Virus record (IMG/VR): IMGVR_UViG_3300032280_000361
Source: a virus
Taxonomy: Duplodnaviria > Heunggongvirae > Uroviricota > Caudoviricetes
DNA length: 64,000 nucleotides
Direction: 5' to 3' (one strand)
Under the pieces are notes generated by a model, which saw only the letters and a program-made list of their open reading frames with translations, searched no databases and was not told the origin of the DNA. Numbering within the stretch: position 1 is the first letter of the stretch; the number at the start of each line of letters is the position of its first letter. Made by a program: the position numbers and the translations under genes. Of this stretch, positions 36,211 through 44,546 are shown piece by piece.

Positions 36211-37275
36211 CTATTGTATATAAGCATTCAATTCATATTCATTTTGTCCACCATGTAAACTTCTTGTTTTAGAATTATCTGAATTTCTCTTATAAGTTCC
36301 CATACCATAAACTTGAATATGAAGATGTTTCTTTTGTGGTTTACCATCTTTAGTTAATTGGATAGAAAATCTATTTGTTTTTCCATCGGATGGTTTTTTA
36401 GGCCCCATTCCTATTTGTCTAAAAGCATCTTCATCATCTATTTCATATCCTTTTTTTTCTGCATATTCTCTAGCTGATTGAATTGCCGATGTATATGTGT
36501 AGTGATATACCGGATAATCTGATTTTGCTTCTTCCATTACACCCTTAAGTCTCATTGATTCATTCTTCATATATCCTTTGTTATCGAATACAGATTGAAT
36601 CTTATCTGCTTCTTTATGGAAACCATTCATTCTTAATGTGAATGCAATACCATCTGCTGCTTCAACTCCACCCCATCCAGAAGATGCTGCTACTTTTCTA
36701 CCGAATTCATGTGCATTATCATCACCTCCCCAATATTCGGAACTATCTACTCCATTCTTTCTTATATCAGCCATTTTCTCCTTATACTTAGGGTCATCCA
36801 TTGATGGGTAGTTTACTTTCTTAGCCCACTCAGGTTTACCTTCAATTGATGCAACTAATTCTCTAGCTTCATCGTGGAAATTAGCATCAGTTAAAGCCTC
36901 AACTGCTGCCTGATACATTACTTTTTTATATCCTTCGTTACCCAACTTCTGTGGAGTAATTCCAAATTTCTCTGCCGCTGCTTTAGCTTCTTTATTTACT
37001 TTTGGATTACCTGGTCTTTTTTTAGCTGGCTCTGATTTAGGTTCTTCCTTTTTAGGTTCTTCCGCTTTTTTAGGTTCTACTTTTTTAGAACTTGCAGAAG
37101 CTCCACCTTTAGGTTTAGATACCGAATCTGATTTTTTAGAAGCTTCACCAGCAGTTGTTTCTTTACCTGCTATGTTTACCTTCGTAGTATCTCTCACTTT
37201 GTGCTTCTCTTTATAAGCATCAAATGCTGCTTGAGAGCCAAAATTTATTTCACTTAATAGTTGCTTTAAATTCAT
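36211..37275 (-). CDS. Mosaic protein, putative head-internal polyprotein
   Basis: MNLKQLLSE leader and an internal second leader NESMRLKGVMEE. Confidence 0.55.
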   Translation of the reverse strand: MNLKQLLSEINFGSQAAFDAYKEKHKVRDTTKVNIAGKETTAGEASKKSDSVSKPKGGASASSKKVEPKKAEEPKKEEPKSEPAKKRPGNPKVNKEAKAAAEKFGITPQKLGNEGYKKVMYQAAVEALTDANFHDEARELVASIEGKPEWAKKVNYPSMDDPKYKEKMADIRKNGVDSSEYWGGDDNAHEFGRKVAASSGWGGVEAADGIAFTLRMNGFHKEADKIQSVFDNKGYMKNESMRLKGVMEEAKSDYPVYHYTYTSAIQSAREYAEKKGYEIDDEDAFRQIGMGPKKPSDGKTNRFSIQLTKDGKPQKKHLHIQVYGMGTYKRNSDNSKTRSLHGGQNEYELNAYIQ

Positions 37276-37289
37276 TTTATCTTAATATT

Positions 37290-37562
37290 TTAAAATCCTA
37301 TTGAAATGTTATTTCCTAAATCATCTTCTACCCAACGAGCTTTTGCTGCTATTAATTTTTTCATAGTATCAACATCAAATCTATATGCACCATGCCCACC
37401 TTGTATTTTTATAGCAACAATATATCCATGTATTCCACTCCAAATTACATCAGCCTTTCCACCAATGATTCCTTCAAATGCTTTAATTTGCTTTTGCTTA
37501 ATAGAATCTAATTCTTTGAATTCGATTTCAGATGCTTCGTTTAATTGAGATAATCTTATCAT
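37290..37562 (-). CDS. Small protein with MIRLSQLNE leader
   Basis: N-terminal leader motif. Confidence 0.55.
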   Translation of the reverse strand: MIRLSQLNEASEIEFKELDSIKQKQIKAFEGIIGGKADVIWSGIHGYIVAIKIQGGHGAYRFDVDTMKKLIAAKARWVEDDLGNNISIGF

Positions 37563-37563
37563 A

Positions 37564-39267
37564 TTAATTACTAAATTGTGCTATTACTTTTTTCTGAATA
37601 GGATTGCCTGGCTTTCCAACTAATGCTGTTACAAAATCCATTCTATCTTTCAATCCACCTTTCTTCAAAGATAGATATAATTTATTTGAATTTATATTAT
37701 TCTTTTCTATAAAATCTTTAACTGCGTTTGCTCTAGAAGCAGTTAAACCTGCTATACCATTTGCATCCGCATTTATATCTTCGTTAATATGATGTTCATG
37801 CACTCCACCACATCCACAATCATGATTCTCATTACATCCACAATCATGCTCTTCGTTTACTGATTCATTAAATCTAGAGTCAGCCTTTACTCTTTTTACA
37901 ATATCATCGATTGTATTTACATAAAAATCGTTTCCTTTACTAGGTTCTACCCACCAATCAGTTCCTCCGGATTCATAATCCATTTGAAAATTTCCCCACA
38001 CATATCCATTTTTGTATATAGTATGTGTTTTTGAAGGGCCTTCAGATTTAAGTTCTATATCTCCTACTTTAAGAATGTATCCTTTTTTATTATTTTTTTG
38101 CCAAGTATCTGCAAGTTTACCTTCGTTTATCGATTCTTTAATTGTAGATTTTAATTTAGATAACTCTCCTTTTAATTTAGAATCTAATCCTCTTTCAATT
38201 CCCCAATTAAATGATGCCTTAACTAACATATCTAATGGTAAGTTACTATTCTTTTTGCCAAATGGTGAAGTTCTAATCCAATCAATATAGTGTTGTGCTA
38301 ATTCTTTTGACATTTTAGTTCCTTCTGCTCTAGAAGAATCTCCGTTAACTACAGATTGTAATATTTTGGTAGCCATTCCATGAGCACCTTCGTTTACTGA
38401 TTCGTTTCTTTTATCTAATTCGAAGTATATTTTATTTTTAACTTTCTGAAATGTATCAGCTGCCAATTTAGCATTACCAACAAATCCCATTTCTAAACCA
38501 ATATCTTTTGAACGAACACCTTTTTTAGCTAACGCCATAATTTGTGCCGCAACTGGTTTAGATACTACTTGTGTTGGAGTATCTACGTGAATAACATGCT
38601 TAAACTCTTCAGTTACTACAGATTCCATTTTTGAACGAATCTTACTTGCTATATTTGATAGTTGAGATTTATCGATTCCAATTGCATCTATTACCTGTGC
38701 AAGTAATTGTAATTTAGCGTTATTACTTAACTTTGAATCCTTTATTTTTTCAATAGCCAATTCCAATTTAGCTTTTACAGCTGCAGGTATTGTTGCTGGT
38801 GGTAATTCAGTTGCATCCTCTTTTACTGAACTGTATTTTTCTCTGATTTCTTTTAAACCCAACTCATCTTCAAATTCGATTATATCTTTGTAATCTGCAT
38901 CAAAAAGTTCCTCTTCTACATCTTTTCTACTTGCTTTAGGGTTTTTACATACAACTGCACCTATTTTCTTTTTAGTGAATGAACCACCTCTATCATACAT
39001 TTTCATAATATGCTTAAAATGAACATCGTTACCACTCATTTCATTCATACCACTCTTTTCTCTAATTACTTCTCTCACTACAGATTTAAGTTGTTCTTTA
39101 ACATGGTCAGGTAAACCATCGTGCTTAGTAGATGCAAAATCTTTAGCATCACTATCTTTCATATCCGCTGATACCTTTGCCACCTCCGGTGATGCAGGAG
39201 TTTTTCCCTTATCAGCGGCGTGAACCATTCCCATAAATCGTTGTTGTGCTTTACTTGCTGCTGGCAT
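37564..39267 (-). CDS. Mosaic polyprotein with ESVNE-type linkers; N-terminal DUF3008-like module
   Basis: MPAASKAQQRFMG..DFASTKH..LP; linkers SSVKE, ESVVTE, ESVNE, ESINE, ESVNE, HINE. Confidence 0.6.
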   Translation of the reverse strand: MPAASKAQQRFMGMVHAADKGKTPASPEVAKVSADMKDSDAKDFASTKHDGLPDHVKEQLKSVVREVIREKSGMNEMSGNDVHFKHIMKMYDRGGSFTKKKIGAVVCKNPKASRKDVEEELFDADYKDIIEFEDELGLKEIREKYSSVKEDATELPPATIPAAVKAKLELAIEKIKDSKLSNNAKLQLLAQVIDAIGIDKSQLSNIASKIRSKMESVVTEEFKHVIHVDTPTQVVSKPVAAQIMALAKKGVRSKDIGLEMGFVGNAKLAADTFQKVKNKIYFELDKRNESVNEGAHGMATKILQSVVNGDSSRAEGTKMSKELAQHYIDWIRTSPFGKKNSNLPLDMLVKASFNWGIERGLDSKLKGELSKLKSTIKESINEGKLADTWQKNNKKGYILKVGDIELKSEGPSKTHTIYKNGYVWGNFQMDYESGGTDWWVEPSKGNDFYVNTIDDIVKRVKADSRFNESVNEEHDCGCNENHDCGCGGVHEHHINEDINADANGIAGLTASRANAVKDFIEKNNINSNKLYLSLKKGGLKDRMDFVTALVGKPGNPIQKKVIAQFSN

Positions 39268-39276
39268 CTTTTAGAA

Positions 39277-39540
39277 TTATTTTAATGTTACTTTGAATTT
39301 TTGCTCAGCTAAAGGTAGAAATACATCATATTCAGCATCATCTGTAATAGTGAAATTTTCCGTTAATTGAGTTGGAGTAACATAAATAAGAGTTCCTTCT
39401 GGATTTTCATCGGTTACCAAAAAACAATCGATAAGGATTGCACCTTCTTCAGCATATGTTCCATCAAATAAAACTTGACTCTCTGCTACCTCTTCGGTAA
39501 TTGGTTTATGGTTTTCTAATTTGAATTCTGATATTGTCAT
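39277..39540 (-). CDS. Small acidic hypothetical protein
   Basis: 87 aa; TATTTATA upstream. Confidence 0.6.
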   Translation of the reverse strand: MTISEFKLENHKPITEEVAESQVLFDGTYAEEGAILIDCFLVTDENPEGTLIYVTPTQLTENFTITDDAEYDVFLPLAEQKFKVTLK

Positions 39541-39573
39541 AATATAGTGTTTTCTTGTATGTGTATATAAATA

Positions 39574-40269
39574 TTATACTATTGAATTAAAGTAATTTTC
39601 TTCGAATAATATACCGGTTAATATTGTATATCTATGAAAATCTTCTGTTTTTATAGGAGTTACTGAATGTTTAGGGTTTATATGCATAAAATCTAATACT
39701 GCAAAGTTACCAAATAGAGGTTGTTGCTTATCAACTCCTTCGATTACTAACTCTCCGCCATCCTCTTCTTTCCAATCATCGTTTAGATAAATAAGTATAT
39801 TACACACCATTCTTTTTCCACCTCCATCAGCATGCGGTTCTATCCAACATCCTTTATTGAAATGAGTAAGGTTTACATTACTTTCGTTTATTTCCCAAAT
39901 TTTATCCATCATATCCTTACCATATGAATACTTAAATACCTCTAAGAATAAGTTTCTCATAGTAGGTATTAAACTCATTTTAAGGTGCGACATTTGGTTA
40001 TCTTCAGTACCCCAAGTAAAGAATGTTTGCCAAAGTTTACCATCCTTATTTCCATCTAAATGCATGTTTTTAACCCCTTCCGCTTCTTCATAACTATTTG
40101 TTTGAGTAGCTTCGTAAGGAACATTCTTATAATATGAATGGGTTACTCTAGTAAAGTTTTCAGGATTCCTAATAGATTTAAGTTTTTCTAACTCTTCTAT
40201 TAGTGATGGGTTTATATCAGAAAGATGTCCAAACAGACATCCTTTAGTTGTTAATTCTTCTCTAACCAT
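39574..40269 (-). CDS. 2OG-Fe(II) oxygenase (prolyl-hydroxylase-like)
   Basis: HAD, ILIYLNDDW..DGGEL, HSVTP, R. Confidence 0.85.
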   Translation of the reverse strand: MVREELTTKGCLFGHLSDINPSLIEELEKLKSIRNPENFTRVTHSYYKNVPYEATQTNSYEEAEGVKNMHLDGNKDGKLWQTFFTWGTEDNQMSHLKMSLIPTMRNLFLEVFKYSYGKDMMDKIWEINESNVNLTHFNKGCWIEPHADGGGKRMVCNILIYLNDDWKEEDGGELVIEGVDKQQPLFGNFAVLDFMHINPKHSVTPIKTEDFHRYTILTGILFEENYFNSIV

Positions 40270-40789
40270 GTTTAACCAATTGGATTTTCTTTCTAATATT
40301 AGGGTACTTATTTAATCTTTTTCTAACTGCATCTACATTCTTAGATGAATCATCTACAAAATAAATATTATCATATCCCTTTCTTTCGATTTCCTTTTCT
40401 ATCCAATCGGCTTTTGATTCTGGATTATTATCCCCTAATGCAACTACGAAAACATCTTTGATTCCGCTATCTCTTATGAAATTATATACAGGTTGGTATG
40501 CGGCTCTTGCAGTTAAAATATACACTGCTCTATCAGAGGTTGCCGCCATATTCTTAAGTAATTGGAAATATCCCTTAATTACCTTTGGATTCTTTACTTT
40601 ATCAAAATCTTTGAAATCATACACATCTCCTGGTTTCTCTTTGTAAACCGCATATTGTCCAGGTGTAAGTTTGGATTTTGCTCCATTCTTATGTGTAATA
40701 TAAATAAAGGATGTAGTTTTTACTAAGGTATCATCAAAATCGAATACCCTAAGTTTCTTATCTTCTGTAAATAAACTTCTAGCTATCAT
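40262..40789 (-). CDS. HAD-superfamily phosphatase
   Basis: FDFDDTL, ILTAR, K, FVDDS..N; start placed at MIARS. Confidence 0.85.
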   Translation of the reverse strand: MIARSLFTEDKKLRVFDFDDTLVKTTSFIYITHKNGAKSKLTPGQYAVYKEKPGDVYDFKDFDKVKNPKVIKGYFQLLKNMAATSDRAVYILTARAAYQPVYNFIRDSGIKDVFVVALGDNNPESKADWIEKEIERKGYDNIYFVDDSSKNVDAVRKRLNKYPNIRKKIQLVKHG

Positions 40790-40792
40790 AGT

Positions 40793-40824
40793 CAAATATA
40801 GTGAATTATTCACAGACTTCCAAG
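40793..40824 (-). promoter_or_regulatory. Bacteroidota-type promoter
   Basis: CTTG-N20-TATATTTG, 3 nt before ATG. Confidence 0.65.
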
Positions 40825-40825
40825 T

Positions 40826-41140
40826 TTATCCGTTAATTTGTTTCCTAGTCTTTGGTAGTGATTTTTCTAACTTATCGTTTTCTTTGGTAAGGAATTCAAC
40901 TTTAACACTTAATGCCGCCACTTCTCTTGTAAGTTCTAACACCATAGTACGAAGTTCATCTTTCTCTTTTGAACTATTTTCTAATAAGGCTTCCAATTTA
41001 GAGATACGGTCTTTACAATCGTGTCTGATAAACTCATCATCCCTATCTTTGTTTAGTGCTCTCTTTTCGTAGTATCTCCAAGCACCAGTTCCTCCTAATA
41101 CGGTAATTGCCGTAATTAATACTGAATATAAGTTTTCCAT
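40826..41140 (-). CDS. TM plus coiled-coil protein
   Basis: N-terminal TM, heptad-rich C-terminus. Confidence 0.6.
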   Translation of the reverse strand: MENLYSVLITAITVLGGTGAWRYYEKRALNKDRDDEFIRHDCKDRISKLEALLENSSKEKDELRTMVLELTREVAALSVKVEFLTKENDKLEKSLPKTRKQING

Positions 41141-41403
41141 TATCCTTCTATTTTTACACCTTGTAGGTATGTTCCGATTTTATCATCATATTTCATAACA
41201 TAATGAATTCCATCCATTCCAATATGTTTATTATATTTAGGAATTTTAGACCACTCTTTTTTAGTAATAGTATGCTTTAATTTATCCTCATTAACAACTA
41301 TTTCTTCTTCCTCTACTTTTTCTACTACAGGAGTGGGGGAATTTCTACTCATCCCTAAAGAAGGAAGAGTTACTATACTATTTACTATATCCATTAATCT
41401 CAT
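41140..41403 (-). CDS. Small protein with MRL leader and VNE junction
   Basis: MRLMDIV; IVVNE. Confidence 0.55.
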   Translation of the reverse strand: MRLMDIVNSIVTLPSLGMSRNSPTPVVEKVEEEEIVVNEDKLKHTITKKEWSKIPKYNKHIGMDGIHYVMKYDDKIGTYLQGVKIEG

Positions 41404-41410
41404 TGTAGTA

Positions 41411-42364
41411 TTATTTTATGTTTTTTAATCTTAATGATTCTGCTTTGAATGGGTTAAATAATCCTCTGCTATTCACTTCTTTTTCAGTAGATGGTGCTAC
41501 TTTTGCATTCTGCTGATGTTTGTGTTTGATTGGATTGTATTTTTCTAATTCATCAACATCAACATTACCATCCGCATCTGTTTTAACCTCACCATATTTA
41601 TCATCACCCAATCTTACGATACCAACTGTCTTTGTTCTTGTATTATAAACTAAATCATCTTTTTTGAATTTACCTTCGTTTACTGATTGTTCTTTTTTTA
41701 GTTTACCTAAAGTTCTTTGTTTTAGTATTTTTTTTAAATCTGCAATTAATTCCTCGTTACCCTCATATCTACTAAGGTTTATAATCATATCAGTTATTGC
41801 ATCTTTAGAATAGTTATCCAAGTTTTCGTTTACTGATTCTAATTTCAAACTTCTCTGTGCATTAGTTAAACCACTAATAATAGATTTCAATCCACCTTTA
41901 ACTCCTTCGGTATCTCTATCTTTAACTCTTTTATCTAAAATCTTTGTATTCATTTTTAGAAAGTTAATGATTGCGTTTTCAACTGCATTCCATCTAATTT
42001 CTTCTTCATTTACCGATTCAGCATTTAAAGTAGGGAATCTATCTGCTCCATTAATACCGGCTTCGTTTGTTCCGTATTCGTGATAGTTAGATGATGCTTG
42101 AGAAATTAAGTTTTCTGCTTTAGCGATATGGTCTTGAATCCAAGCAGGAATTTCTTTTTCATTTTTACCCATTTTAGCTTTTAACTCAGTTGTCATCTTA
42201 ATAATAGTATCCAATGAGTTTTGAGCCATAGAAACTTCGTGGTCTTCTTCCTCTTTAACAATAGTTTCAACTTGTGGTGTAAACGCTCTAGCATATGGGT
42301 TTGATACCACTTGTCCAGGCTTCGCTCCCAATGTCTGCATTATTCCTTTTAAATTCATATTCAT
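41411..42364 (-). CDS. Mosaic polyprotein with ESVNE linkers
   Basis: DHEVSMA..PAWIQDHI module; GTNE, ESVNE x2, QSVNE; ends AESLRLKNIK. Confidence 0.6.
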   Translation of the reverse strand: MNMNLKGIMQTLGAKPGQVVSNPYARAFTPQVETIVKEEEDHEVSMAQNSLDTIIKMTTELKAKMGKNEKEIPAWIQDHIAKAENLISQASSNYHEYGTNEAGINGADRFPTLNAESVNEEEIRWNAVENAIINFLKMNTKILDKRVKDRDTEGVKGGLKSIISGLTNAQRSLKLESVNENLDNYSKDAITDMIINLSRYEGNEELIADLKKILKQRTLGKLKKEQSVNEGKFKKDDLVYNTRTKTVGIVRLGDDKYGEVKTDADGNVDVDELEKYNPIKHKHQQNAKVAPSTEKEVNSRGLFNPFKAESLRLKNIK

Positions 42365-42365
42365 A

Positions 42366-43313
42366 TTATTTATATCTACTTAATATTTTGAGAGATACTT
42401 CTATCATCTTAAACAAACCCATTTTTATCATATTGTCTTTGTTTACGTTTGATAGCCCATTATATATGTTTAAAACAATAGATGCAGTTTGCATATCTAC
42501 TTTTATTTTCTTACCACTTTTTGGGTCTTTTACACTTTGATATTGTTGATTATTAATAATATCTTTTAATTGAGAAATAATTTCTGGTTCGGATGCTTCG
42601 TTTACTGATTCTCCTCTGCCCAATTTATCTTTCATTTTATTCACATCATCTTCCGAAGGTGAACCGTTAATAGAACCACCTGGAAGGTTTAATCCAGTTC
42701 CTGCTGGTAATCCTATTTCATTATTAGGTGATTTGATACCATACCCTTTCTTTATATTAGAAAGTGTTTGTAAAGCATTTTTTAATCTATCTTGAAATAA
42801 TTTCTTTTGTTCAGCAGATTTTGTATCAGATAGTTTTTGCTTCAACGCTTTAATTCTATCGTTTATTTTTTGGATTCTATCTCCTTCTTCACTTTCTTCT
42901 AATCCACCCTCTACAAAGTTTTTGATTTCAGATTTAACTACCATATTATTGATAGCATCTTTGATTTGAGCTTTATTTAATCCGATTACTTTCACATCAC
43001 CTGCTTCATTTGTATATGCCGCATGCTTTAATCCGATATCTTCTAAATACTTAATAAATCTTTCTCCTATCATTGGTTGTTTCTTTTCTTTTGTTTGAGG
43101 TAATCCCTGTGCAACATGCTGAGGTTCTTGACCTTCTTCAGTTTTCCATCCACCACCTGCTGCTTTGTATTGTTTTGAAGCCCAACCGTTTGCATAAGCC
43201 GATGGATATACATCAAACTTCTTTTTTGCCTGAGAAACGTAATACTGCCACTTCGATGGGTTAGTAGGAACATTTTTCTCCGCTACTATGTTCTTTTTGT
43301 TTAATGTGTTCAT
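42366..43313 (-). CDS. Mosaic polyprotein with ESVNE linker
   Basis: KKFDVYPSAYANGW..YK..GGGW module, coiled coil, ESVNE, KVDMQTAS module. Confidence 0.6.
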   Translation of the reverse strand: MNTLNKKNIVAEKNVPTNPSKWQYYVSQAKKKFDVYPSAYANGWASKQYKAAGGGWKTEEGQEPQHVAQGLPQTKEKKQPMIGERFIKYLEDIGLKHAAYTNEAGDVKVIGLNKAQIKDAINNMVVKSEIKNFVEGGLEESEEGDRIQKINDRIKALKQKLSDTKSAEQKKLFQDRLKNALQTLSNIKKGYGIKSPNNEIGLPAGTGLNLPGGSINGSPSEDDVNKMKDKLGRGESVNEASEPEIISQLKDIINNQQYQSVKDPKSGKKIKVDMQTASIVLNIYNGLSNVNKDNMIKMGLFKMIEVSLKILSRYK

Positions 43314-43340
43314 ATTGTATATAAATATATCTTTTTTTAA

Positions 43341-44093
43341 TTAAGATATACTTTCGGTTTTGTTTTTTCCATCACAATGTGCTTTTTGTGAGAAACCTTT
43401 GGGGTTATTACAATCAATTGAGTTTTTATACTCCGCACTCCACTTTTCAACCAATCCTTCACTAGCTCCCGTCTTTACTAATGTTGGTTTTTGTCCCTTC
43501 TTTTGTTCACCACCTTTTTTAGCATCTCCTGCATCGGATTGTGCCGCTCTCTTTCTCTTCACAAATGATGCTCTACCATCCTTACCCAACTTAGCTGATT
43601 TTTCATTTGAAAGGCAAGCTGCATATGCTGAACCCTCCTCACTATCTCCACATTTACCAACTTTTTCTCCCTTAGTGTTATATCTATCCCACCCACCAGT
43701 CTTTCCACTACCAAACCACTTACGAAGGTCTTCTTTTACCGCTAAATCATGTGATGAAGGTAGAACATTTACACCTACCTTTTTACCTAAGAATATGGCA
43801 ATTGGAGTGAATGGAATTGGAGCAGGAATAAACTTAAGTGAAACCAAAAATAATATCTTAACTATATCTCCGGATTGTGCTTTTAGGAATCTTTTCTCAC
43901 TATCACTAACTTCTTTCCCCAATATCATTGATTGAAGGATATGAGCTGCTACGATAGTTTCTTTCTTTTCTCTATTAGTTACCACTTTTAGAGTATCCCA
44001 ATTTGTATTGATATACTTAATAGATTTATCAATCCAATTGGCTACCTTTTCTTTAGCAGTATCAAACACTCCTTCATGTATATTCTTTCCCAT
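43341..44093 (-). CDS. Mosaic protein of small modules beginning after xxE sites
   Basis: VKE-DLRKWF..; LVE-KWSAEYKNSIDCNNPKGFSQKAHC. Confidence 0.55.
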   Translation of the reverse strand: MGKNIHEGVFDTAKEKVANWIDKSIKYINTNWDTLKVVTNREKKETIVAAHILQSMILGKEVSDSEKRFLKAQSGDIVKILFLVSLKFIPAPIPFTPIAIFLGKKVGVNVLPSSHDLAVKEDLRKWFGSGKTGGWDRYNTKGEKVGKCGDSEEGSAYAACLSNEKSAKLGKDGRASFVKRKRAAQSDAGDAKKGGEQKKGQKPTLVKTGASEGLVEKWSAEYKNSIDCNNPKGFSQKAHCDGKNKTESIS

Positions 44094-44111
44094 TGGATAT
44101 AAATATAATAT

Positions 44112-44546
44112 TTATTCTATTTCCTTAAAAGATAATATGTTTTCCGATATAATACCTTTTAAGGGTAACCCCTTATATTCATAATCCTCCGTTAATAGTA
44201 ATATATCACCCTCATACCCTTCAATAAGTTGGTCTGATATAATGTGTCCAGTATCGGTTAGAAGTGGTTCACCATTATAATAGAAACAATGTGGTGATTT
44301 ATATTCTTTTAATTTAAGAAGTGTTTCAAAGTTCATCGCATTACTCCATAGAGAGAACATATTGATAAACGATGGTTTGACAGGATATTTTGGTTTATGA
44401 GTTCCTAACCAAAACTGCTCTTCGTGCCACCATACATCTATCCAACAATGAAACCCCATCCGAATAACTTCCGTTACCTGATAGGGTTTATTTTCTTTTT
44501 GCTCATCTACTCCTAAGATGTTTCCTCTATATGAAATTAAATACAT
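44112..44546 (-). CDS. Degenerate GDPD/PLC-like phosphodiesterase-fold protein
   Basis: LISYRGN..EN.P..GF..WIDVW resembles SHRG..EN..G.D.EID. Confidence 0.45.
   Translation of the reverse strand: MYLISYRGNILGVDEQKENKPYQVTEVIRMGFHCWIDVWWHEEQFWLGTHKPKYPVKPSFINMFSLWSNAMNFETLLKLKEYKSPHCFYYNGEPLLTDTGHIISDQLIEGYEGDILLLTEDYEYKGLPLKGIISENILSFKEIE

Larger units (their letters stand above)
37852..42611 (-). repeat. Dispersed in-frame 15-nt repeat GAATCAGTAAACGAA (ESVNE)
   Basis: Exact at 37852, 38389, 41825, 42597; 1 mismatch at 41675; 2 mismatches at 38122 and 42005. Confidence 0.85.

Noticed and set aside
37852-42611. ESVNE repeats as a CRISPR or integron-type array
   Set aside because: Only 15 nt, non-palindromic, irregularly spaced and in frame within ORFs; no integrase in the window
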